From a virus: 64,000 bases of DNA. The position numbers were made by a program, and so were the translations under genes. The stretch lies in IMG/VR virus record IMGVR_UViG_3300027749_000038. One strand, given 5' to 3'. Below, piece after piece: positions 57,625 to 64,000 of the stretch (positions are counted from its first letter, which is position 1; the number at the start of each line of letters is the position of its first letter). Below the pieces are notes generated by a model. That model did no database searches and had not been told where the DNA came from. It worked only from the letters and a program-made list of their open reading frames with translations.

Positions 57625-57873
57625 TTAAATATTAGAAATATTATCTGATTTAATAGTGGTTAGGGTTTCACCGGATAAAGAAGTAATATAAGTTTGTATT
57701 TTTGTTACAGCAACATCTGGCTCTTCAGACAATATATGCCTTTTTAATTGTAATTCAGTTAAATCCACTGGTTGAGGACAGGCAAGCTGGTCTAATAAAG
57801 TTACTGGAAAATTTCCCTTTATTATTCGATCACCCATTTGATAACTTGAGATATAAACAATGTAATCTGCCAT
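57625..57873 (-). CDS. Hypothetical protein
   Basis: 82-aa ORF co-oriented with the minus-strand cluster. Confidence 0.45.
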   Translation of the reverse strand: MADYIVYISSYQMGDRIIKGNFPVTLLDQLACPQPVDLTELQLKRHILSEEPDVAVTKIQTYITSLSGETLTTIKSDNISNI

Positions 57874-57926
57874 ATTTAAATTTAGTTGAAAAATGCCTTA
57901 AACAAGGGATTATATAAGATACTTAT

Positions 57927-58691
57927 ATGTTTTTCAAAAAAGTAGAGATTGAATTTATAGCTGCTAATGAATTTATGACAGATATTCTAGAAAAACCCTA
58001 TCCAGCCAAACTCCGGACTCCAGAATGGTTTGCTAAAACCTCTAGATATATTCACGATGTTCCAGATATAGATCAGTATGGGGATCCTAATAGCACTATT
58101 AAAAAATGTCTTCCGGTAATTGATGCTTTAGGAGCTGGTTATCATATACCTCTTTATTGTGATCTATGGATGGAAAATGCTGGAGAATTAAATTTGTCTT
58201 TTAAATGGTCTTGGGAATATGGATCTGTAGTAACTGTCCAGAAAACCGAACAACATTCTTCTTATCCCGTACCTTTTGGTTACTATCCCACCGCTTTTAA
58301 ATTTTTAAATCCCTGGATTATTAAAACCCCTCCAGGATGGTCTACTCTATTTATACATCCTCAACATCACGAGGAGTTACCGTTTCGATGTCTATCTGGA
58401 TTGGTGGATACCGATAAATTTCCAGCATTTGTACATTTTCCGTTTTTCTTGAAGAAAGGTTTTAATGGTTTGATTCCAAAACAAACCCCGATGATTCAAG
58501 CCATTCCTATCAAGAGAGAAAATTTCAAAGCCTCTTATTCTTGGGATAAAGAATTTACATTAAAAAAAATATGGAATAAAGCTCAATCAGAATTTTTTGA
58601 AAGATATCAAAGACACTTCAGACAACCAAAATCCTATGGCAATGTCAATAAAAAAGAATCCAAAGGGTGTCCTTTTGGCTTTGGGGGATAA
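57927..58691 (+). CDS. Conserved phage hypothetical protein (possible dUTPase-like beta fold)
   Basis: PEWF...TIKKC.P..DA..AGY.IP, FKFLNPWIIKTPPGWSTLF, LSGLVDTD and IPK.TP..Q.IP..RE. Confidence 0.55.
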   Translation: MFFKKVEIEFIAANEFMTDILEKPYPAKLRTPEWFAKTSRYIHDVPDIDQYGDPNSTIKKCLPVIDALGAGYHIPLYCDLWMENAGELNLSFKWSWEYGSVVTVQKTEQHSSYPVPFGYYPTAFKFLNPWIIKTPPGWSTLFIHPQHHEELPFRCLSGLVDTDKFPAFVHFPFFLKKGFNGLIPKQTPMIQAIPIKRENFKASYSWDKEFTLKKIWNKAQSEFFERYQRHFRQPKSYGNVNKKESKGCPFGFGG

Positions 58692-58703
58692 TTATTTAGT
58701 GTA

Positions 58704-58904
58704 ATGACAACAGAACAAGTACGGGTATCTATCAAACTTCCAGACAATGCAACCTTTGCTGAAAGAGAAACATCATTAACCAATCAACTTCACAGAATCA
58801 GAGAGGACATTGGTGCCAGAGGATTGCGTTACATTGACCATCGTATAGACCACCGTTCAGATTCTAAAGCGGTAGTGACTGTTTTTTTTGGCTCCCCCTC
58901 TTAG
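58704..58904 (+). CDS. Hypothetical protein
   Basis: 66-aa ORF. Confidence 0.45.
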   Translation: MTTEQVRVSIKLPDNATFAERETSLTNQLHRIREDIGARGLRYIDHRIDHRSDSKAVVTVFFGSPS

Positions 58905-58911
58905 ATTCTAG

Positions 58912-58940
58912 TTGAGTTTCCCCTTATGTCATGTTAAGAT
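58912..58940 (+). promoter_or_regulatory. Sigma70-like promoter TTGAGT-N17-TAAGAT with extended TGn; -10 box 6 nt before the ATG at 58947
   Basis: Read directly from the sequence. Confidence 0.6.
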
Positions 58941-58946
58941 TTAAAC

Positions 58947-59768
58947 ATGATTGAAACACTAACACTAAATCAAGCCATTGAACGTTGTCCTTCCATTGCC
59001 GCAACTGAACCAGCAGCCAAAGCATCAAAACAGTACAACTTCATATCGACCCTCAATATCTTGAATTCAGCTCTAGATAATGATTGGTTAATCCGTTCTG
59101 TAAAAGGAACTGGATCAAGACACGGTATGCATAATATCGCCTTGGTTCATAAAAGCCAAATAGAAAAATCTGTAGTTGAGGGATTTCCACAGGTAAACAT
59201 CGTCAATAGCCACAATCTAACCAAGAGATTTTCCACGGTTCTTGGATTCTTCCGATTAATTTGTTCTAATGGATTAGTTGCTCCTACTGGAATGATGACC
59301 TCAGTTCAACCCACTCTTCACCGTCTTTCTAGTGGTAAGAGTATCACAGAAGATATCAACACCGTCTTGGAAAAAGCTTTTGGTCAATATGACACTATTG
59401 TAAATCAAACCCAGCTGTTGAAGGAAAGACAGTTAACAGAAGAAGAACGAACCTATCTAGCTCGGTATGCTTATTACATTCGTTTTCGTTATCGGATGTC
59501 TCAACCTAAGAAGGTAGATGCCTCTACTATCCTAGCACCGCGCCGAGAAGCAGATGCGGGTACAGATTTATGGACCACCTTTAATGTAATTCAAGAGAAT
59601 CTAACCCAGGGAGGTAATCGTATTGGATCTGGTATTACCAGAGTTCAGGATGATTTGAAGTTCAATCAGGAATTATGGACCGGAGTTGATAAGGCTCTTC
59701 AGTACCGGAATTCTGATTTAGAAACCACCCTCAAAGCTCTTTTCCCTAAAAAACAAAAAACCAATTAA
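58947..59768 (+). CDS. DUF932/DUF945 family protein
   Basis: LTLNQAIERCPSI.A..P...SKQY.FIST; IVNSHN; GFFRLICSNGLV; RREADAGTDLWTTFNVIQENL. Confidence 0.8.
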   Translation: MIETLTLNQAIERCPSIAATEPAAKASKQYNFISTLNILNSALDNDWLIRSVKGTGSRHGMHNIALVHKSQIEKSVVEGFPQVNIVNSHNLTKRFSTVLGFFRLICSNGLVAPTGMMTSVQPTLHRLSSGKSITEDINTVLEKAFGQYDTIVNQTQLLKERQLTEEERTYLARYAYYIRFRYRMSQPKKVDASTILAPRREADAGTDLWTTFNVIQENLTQGGNRIGSGITRVQDDLKFNQELWTGVDKALQYRNSDLETTLKALFPKKQKTN

Positions 59769-59778
59769 AATAAATTGT

Positions 59779-59982
59779 ATGAGTGTCTGTATTTCCTTAC
59801 AGGAGTTCAAACGTATAGCCGAAAAAGAATGTTTAAAGCAAACCAGTCTTTCGTTAGAAGATTTTCCGGATGTAATAGTTGAAGATTTTTGGCCAGATTT
59901 TAACTTGGATGCAACTATCACTGTAAAAGAATCTAAAGTAGCTTTAGCAGAATTGTTAAATTCTTTGACCTTGCTAGGATAA
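59779..59982 (+). CDS. Hypothetical protein
   Basis: 67-aa ORF. Confidence 0.45.
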   Translation: MSVCISLQEFKRIAEKECLKQTSLSLEDFPDVIVEDFWPDFNLDATITVKESKVALAELLNSLTLLG

Positions 59983-60025
59983 TTATTATTAGTTCTGGAG
60001 CTCAAGAGACTAGAATTAAAACAAC

Positions 60026-60053
60026 ACTTGCTCGAAAGAGGAGTACTAATATG
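60026..60053 (+). promoter_or_regulatory. ROSE-like RNA thermometer hairpin sequestering the Hsp20 SD
   Basis: ACUU(G)CUC-GAAA-GAGGAGU: a UUGCU motif with a bulged G pairs with the GAGGAG SD, which lies 7 nt before the AUG. Confidence 0.6.
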
Positions 60054-60545
60054 ACAACAAAAATTATTACCACAAATAATACTAAGCCATTTATTGGCAC
60101 CGTGTATGGTTCCAACCAATTACCAGCACTGTTTAACGACAATTGGTTTAATTCATTCTTCAAAGACATGGACAAGGCCTTTGAATCACCGGGAGTTCAC
60201 TATCCGTATGACATCCTGGTTCACAAAACCAAAGAGGACAATATTCCTTTCGAATATGAAGTTCATGTGGCCCTCGCAGGTTTGACTAAGGAAGATATTA
60301 AAATCCAGGTCAAAGAAAATAAACTAGTGATTAAAATAGATCCTCAAGATGAGATTCCACCAGAAGATCATTTTGTTACCTATCTGCGCACCGGAATCAG
60401 TTATCGCAACGCTACTTTAGAGTTTAGCATTGCTAAAGAAGTAGAGACGGAACACATCCGAAGTAAATTTAAAGATGGTTTACTCAAGGTATACATTCCT
60501 ATCACCAAACCCACAAGTTCAGACATTATCATTGATGTAGATTAA
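60051..60545 (+). CDS. hsp20: Small heat-shock protein (Hsp20/alpha-crystallin family)
   Basis: YPYDI...YEVHVALAGLTKEDIKIQVKENKLVI...YLRTGISYR...F...E....A.FKDGLLKVYIP. Confidence 0.92.
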   Translation: MTTKIITTNNTKPFIGTVYGSNQLPALFNDNWFNSFFKDMDKAFESPGVHYPYDILVHKTKEDNIPFEYEVHVALAGLTKEDIKIQVKENKLVIKIDPQDEIPPEDHFVTYLRTGISYRNATLEFSIAKEVETEHIRSKFKDGLLKVYIPITKPTSSDIIIDVD

Positions 60546-60571
60546 ACAACTTCTTGAGCACCAGAGACTTT

Positions 60572-60600
60572 AAAAAGCCCTCGCAGCGAGGGCTTTTTTG
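60572..60600 (+). terminator. Rho-independent terminator after hsp20
   Basis: AAAAGCCCTCG-CAG-CGAGGGCTTTT followed by a T tract. Confidence 0.88.
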
Positions 60601-60621
60601 TTTTTACATATAATTATTCTT

Positions 60622-60828
60622 ATGAGCTTTAGGATAGATCCAGTTGATGAAAAGGGTGTTTTTGATCACGACTACTACTCTTCTCCCGAATATAGTTCCC
60701 ATGTTAAAATTCTTAAACAGTATTTAAAAGATGAGGGATTTGAATCCAAAACAGAAAGATTTTCCATCTCATTCTTAAACCGAGAATGGGTTTGTGCACC
60801 AATAGTCAATAAGAAGAAAAACAAATGA
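60622..60828 (+). CDS. Hypothetical protein
   Basis: ATG at 60622, 7 nt after TATAAT (60609-60614). Confidence 0.5.
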   Translation: MSFRIDPVDEKGVFDHDYYSSPEYSSHVKILKQYLKDEGFESKTERFSISFLNREWVCAPIVNKKKNK

Positions 60829-61259
60829 AAATTATAGCAATAACAATCCTTATGTTGAGTAGTATTATTTCCGACAATTCTAGTCCTCAAAACTCTCCTT
60901 CTCCTAATTATGGCCCTCGTTTAGATGTAGAACATTATCTCTCAGATACTACAGGAATCATTTTACCTTCTCAAATTATTAAATGTACTATCGGAGATCT
61001 TATAAAAATTTATAGACCAGACGGATTTTATTATACTGGAAAAATCACAGAACTGGAAGAAGGAGAAGGAATTTTTAAAATTTACGGTCAAATAAATAAT
61101 GTAGAGGATGCTGGTTTCGGATTTATTTTGGCTAAGGGGGGTATATTAGCTGGCGCAATAGTAGAAAGAAAAAACTCCAAGACTTATGTCTTAGAGTTTT
61201 CTGAAAATCTTAAAAAATTTATACTAGTCAGATCTTTTAAAAATGATAAAGTTATTTAA
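60825..61259 (+). CDS. Hypothetical protein with a signal-peptide-like N-terminus
   Basis: MKIIAITILMLSS...; ATGA overlap with the upstream gene. Confidence 0.55.
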   Translation: MKIIAITILMLSSIISDNSSPQNSPSPNYGPRLDVEHYLSDTTGIILPSQIIKCTIGDLIKIYRPDGFYYTGKITELEEGEGIFKIYGQINNVEDAGFGFILAKGGILAGAIVERKNSKTYVLEFSENLKKFILVRSFKNDKVI

Positions 61260-61428
61260 GAAATAATTTTAAAAAAATACCAAAAATCATTATAAAAATA
61301 ATTGGCATCCAAAAAGGAAACAATACCCAACCCCAAGACCAATTAATATATCCAGTTAGTTTCAACACAATTAAAACTGTTTGCAAAATAGTGGATATAG
61401 TATTAATAATTAAGTTAAATTTATTCAT
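61252..61428 (-). CDS. Small membrane protein (58 aa) with LKL.G.I.WSW.WV..P.W motif; not in the ORF track
   Basis: Manual translation: MNKFNLIINTISTILQTVLIVLKLTGYINWSWGWVLFPFWMPIIFIMIFGIFLKLFLK. The motif is common in small phage membrane proteins. Confidence 0.7.
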   Translation of the reverse strand: MNKFNLIINTISTILQTVLIVLKLTGYINWSWGWVLFPFWMPIIFIMIFGIFLKLFLK

Positions 61429-61603
61429 CTGATTTTGTTTCTTTAATTATATGTATAGGCATGTAAGGTAACCTAGAAGAGAGAAATGCTAAAATAATCA
61501 ATGGCCAAAATCCATTTTTCCCGTTGTCTTCTAAATAGGTTGCACAAAACACCGCACTTATAGATAACAAATTACAAGCAATGATATATAAAATTCCAAT
61601 CAT
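61421..61603 (-). CDS. Small two-TM membrane protein
   Basis: Hydrophobic 60 aa; AGGAG SD upstream on the minus strand. Confidence 0.55.
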   Translation of the reverse strand: MIGILYIIACNLLSISAVFCATYLEDNGKNGFWPLIILAFLSSRLPYMPIHIIKETKSDE

Positions 61604-61685
61604 ATTTAAATTCTCCTGGAAAATTAAAAAAAATCACTATTAAAAAATTCCTTGAATAATTAATTTAATCTCTTATAATTTTTTT

Positions 61686-61997
61686 ATGGATTTCGAAGCC
61701 CTTAAAGCAAATATGGAAGATTTGTTAAAAGAACAACTTTCCAGAGCAGAGACTCCGCGCCAAAAGGTGGATCAAACTCAACATACCTCTACTCAAAAAC
61801 AAAATACAGTTTTAGATTTAATTAAAGGAATGATTCCTCAAGGCCAATGTCCGGATTATGTAGAGAAAGAAAGAGACAAAGAAAAAGCCTATAATGAATT
61901 TTGTGGCAAAATTATTCAAGTTGCTTTAAGTAATTTTCCGGAAGAATATCACGAAGAAATCCTAAAAAGATACAACGAAACTTTAGAAAAAAAATAA
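61686..61997 (+). CDS. Hypothetical protein
   Basis: 103 aa; TTGAAT-N16-TATAAT ends 6 nt before the ATG. Confidence 0.6.
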   Translation: MDFEALKANMEDLLKEQLSRAETPRQKVDQTQHTSTQKQNTVLDLIKGMIPQGQCPDYVEKERDKEKAYNEFCGKIIQVALSNFPEEYHEEILKRYNETLEKK

Positions 61998-61999
61998 AT

Positions 62000-62128
62000 A
62001 TGTCAGAAAACCCTAATTCAGAAAACTGCGGTATTCCTCAATCAGTTTTATTTTGGTTCTTTTTTTTAGAACTATTACAATTAAGTGTTCTTATAGGTTT
62101 AATAATGTTTGGTAGTAGACACGGATAA
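62000..62128 (+). CDS. Small single-TM protein (42 aa); not in the ORF track
   Basis: MSENPNSENCGIPQSVLFWFFFLELLQLSVLIGLIMFGSRHG fills the gap exactly. Confidence 0.45.
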   Translation: MSENPNSENCGIPQSVLFWFFFLELLQLSVLIGLIMFGSRHG

Positions 62129-62139
62129 ATATAACATAT

Positions 62140-62499
62140 ATGCGCACGCTTGATACAATTAATTTAGAAAAAGCTTATGGATTAGTATTTGAATCTAGAG
62201 CAGCTGGAACAGAAAGCCAGCAAGCCGGAGAAAATGCAAAGTCTTTAGCTATTGAAAAGACTTTAATCAAGGCTATTACAGAAGACCTCAACGCCACCGC
62301 AGCTCATTTAGAGACCATTCAACCTTTGTTAGGAACTTTTGAACAAGGACATGAAGGAGAAGATTTCCAAGGTTTAATAAATGCTATGCAAGCTGTGCAA
62401 GCCGCTGTAGGAAATCTTCAGTCTCGCATGTCTTCTGGTTCAGAAGAAACTACAGATATGCCTTCAGAAGAGTTTCCAGAAGAAGCTCCTGGATTTTAA
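62140..62499 (+). CDS. Acidic late protein, possible internal head protein
   Basis: TAAATA at 62126-62131; N-terminus LEKAYGLVFE; Glu-rich. Confidence 0.6.
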   Translation: MRTLDTINLEKAYGLVFESRAAGTESQQAGENAKSLAIEKTLIKAITEDLNATAAHLETIQPLLGTFEQGHEGEDFQGLINAMQAVQAAVGNLQSRMSSGSEETTDMPSEEFPEEAPGF

Positions 62500-62524
62500 T
62501 TTCAACCTATAGAAGCAGTGAATA

Positions 62525-62556
62525 AAAACCCTCTGGCAAAATCCAGAGGGTTTTTT
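62525..62556 (+). terminator. Rho-independent terminator
   Basis: AAAACCCTCTGG-CAAAAT-CCAGAGGGTTTTTT. Confidence 0.88.
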
Positions 62557-62557
62557 G

Positions 62558-62586
62558 TTGTATTCCGGATAATCTCGAGATAATAT
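62558..62586 (+). promoter_or_regulatory. Sigma70-like promoter TTGTAT-N17-TAATAT; -10 box 6 nt before the RNA ligase ATG
   Basis: Read directly from the sequence. Confidence 0.55.
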
Positions 62587-62592
62587 GATTAT

Positions 62593-63624
62593 ATGAAATT
62601 AGCATCTCTAGAAATTATCTCAGAAATTCTTCCTATAGAAGGAGCCGATAAAATTGAACTAGCCAGAGTTCAGGGTTGGCAAAGTGTTATCAAGAAAGAT
62701 GAATATAAAGTAGGTGATCAAATTATTTTTGTTCCTATTGATACCGTCCTCACTCCTAGAGAATGGAATAAATTTCTTTGGGATAAGAATGATCCTTCTA
62801 AACCTATCCGAGTTAAGACCGCCAAACTTCGCGGAGCTATTTCTCAAGGTCTCATCTTTCCTAAGACTTTGGTTAGTGCTCAAGAAGTCTGGGATCATAT
62901 GGATGATTCTTCAGAAGATGTTTCTCTGGCTAGTATGCTTGGTATTACCAAATACGAAAAACCAATTCCAGTTCAACTAGCCGGACAAGTTAAAGGAGAC
63001 TTTCCTACTCATTTGGTTTCTAAAACGGATGAAGACAATCTTAAATCTAACATAGAAGCATTAGATGAATTGGGTGAAGCTGAATGGGTAGAAGCTACTC
63101 TTAAAATAGATGGAACCTCTGCAACTTATATTAAAGAATTGGATGGTACTTTTCGAGTTTGTTCTCGTAATCTAGAGCTTAAAGATACTACCGAAAATGT
63201 ATACTGGAAAATGGCTCGAAAATATAATATCCAAGAAAATCTTAAACCTGGATTTTGTATTCAAGGAGAAATTGCTGGACCTGGTATTCAAGGTAATCCA
63301 GCTGGTTATCTAGAGGTTAGTTTATATCTCTTTAACATGTTTGAAGTACCTTCTCGGAAGCCAGTTCTTCCTTTGAATTGGGTCGATGGTCTAGGAGTTG
63401 ATTCAAATATTCCAGGAGTTCCAGTTGTTAAATTATTTAAACATTTCAACCTCTCAACTATAGATGAATTGCAAAATTGGGTCAATACTATCAAGTATCC
63501 TAATGATAAACCAGCAGAAGGCATTGTCTTCCGTGGTTATAATCAAAATAATGAATTGATGTATAGTAAGAAATTACAGAAAATGCTTAGTGTAAAAATT
63601 ATTAATCAAAATTTCAAAGATTAA
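62593..63624 (+). CDS. ATP-dependent RNA ligase (Rnl2/DRB0094-like) with N-terminal tRNA-binding OB-like domain
   Basis: MKLASLEIISEILPIEGADKIELARV.GW..V; motif I TLKIDGTS; IQGEIAGPGIQGN; motif IV EGIVF; motif V SVKIIN. Confidence 0.88.
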   Translation: MKLASLEIISEILPIEGADKIELARVQGWQSVIKKDEYKVGDQIIFVPIDTVLTPREWNKFLWDKNDPSKPIRVKTAKLRGAISQGLIFPKTLVSAQEVWDHMDDSSEDVSLASMLGITKYEKPIPVQLAGQVKGDFPTHLVSKTDEDNLKSNIEALDELGEAEWVEATLKIDGTSATYIKELDGTFRVCSRNLELKDTTENVYWKMARKYNIQENLKPGFCIQGEIAGPGIQGNPAGYLEVSLYLFNMFEVPSRKPVLPLNWVDGLGVDSNIPGVPVVKLFKHFNLSTIDELQNWVNTIKYPNDKPAEGIVFRGYNQNNELMYSKKLQKMLSVKIINQNFKD

Positions 63625-63625
63625 A

Positions 63626-64000
63626 ATGAAAAATACTCTTTATATCATCCGTGGACTTCCAGGTTCTGGAAAATCTACAGAAGCTCAAAGACTCCTCAAT
63701 ACAGACCCAGAAAATTTCCGTTGGTTTGAAGCTGATATGTTCTTTGTGCATTCTATAACCGGAGAATATAAATTTGATGCATCTCTTCTCAAACACGCTC
63801 ATGAGTGGTGTCTGTCCATGACAGAAGTAGCTTTGAAGCAAAAGTTTAATGTTATTGTATCAAATACCTTTTCCACCAAGAGAGAATTCAGACCATATGC
63901 AGATTTAGCTAGTAAGCTGAATGTTCCAATAGATATTAGACAGATGAATGGAAATTACGGAAGCATTCATAATGTTCCGGAAAAAACTATTGAAGTGATG
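63626..64000 (+). CDS. Polynucleotide-kinase-like P-loop kinase (AAA_33), 3'-truncated; not in the ORF track
   Basis: MKNTLYIIRGLPGSGKST...EADMFF...YKFD...HAHEWC...VIVSNTF...GNYGSIHNVP; open to the window end. Confidence 0.85.
   Translation, partial: MKNTLYIIRGLPGSGKSTEAQRLLNTDPENFRWFEADMFFVHSITGEYKFDASLLKHAHEWCLSMTEVALKQKFNVIVSNTFSTKREFRPYADLASKLNVPIDIRQMNGNYGSIHNVPEKTIEVM

Noticed and set aside
59993-60566. HspR HAIR or CIRCE operator at hsp20
   Set aside because: CTCAAG and CTTGAG half-sites are present but not in the CTTGAGT-N7-ACTCAAG geometry, and no TTAGCACTC-N9 CIRCE is seen.
1-64000. Stop-codon reassignment (as in some large phages)
   Set aside because: Conserved genes are full length in code 11, and TAA, TAG and TGA all occur as genuine ends.

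Overview
A 64-kb, AT-rich segment of a large T4-like (myovirus-type) phage genome, using the standard genetic code. No tRNA, rRNA, CRISPR array or integrase is visible. 1-6.5 kb is the head module: gp20 portal (5'-truncated), gp13 neck, gp4, gp21 protease, gp67-like, gp22 scaffold and gp23 major capsid. 6.5-12 kb holds nucleotide and replication genes: a P-loop kinase, a DenV-like glycosylase, a gp16-like terminase small subunit, dUTPase and a gp44 clamp loader. 12-58 kb is a very large baseplate and tail-fibre region: gp25, gp6, PKD/NHL, RCC1, beta-helix, propeller, LamG, vWA/Ig and Gly-rich gp38-like proteins. 58-64 kb holds small early genes, Hsp20, an RNA ligase and a PNK-like kinase (3'-truncated). 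Four signals stand out. (1) The dUTPase is fractured at catalytic motif III by a naturally split intein, and the two halves flank a free-standing Zn-finger/Vsr-like endonuclease gene. (2) Hsp20 has a ROSE-like hairpin burying its Shine-Dalgarno (SD) sequence, plus complementary 5' and 3' flanks. (3) There are two tandem 'fibre + Gly-rich tip + small protein + cupin' cassettes with an almost identical fibre C-terminus; the second is frameshifted and chimeric. (4) Sigma70-type -10 boxes sit exactly 6 nt before the ATG of several genes, implying leaderless mRNAs. All family assignments come from motif recognition by eye, without database searches.
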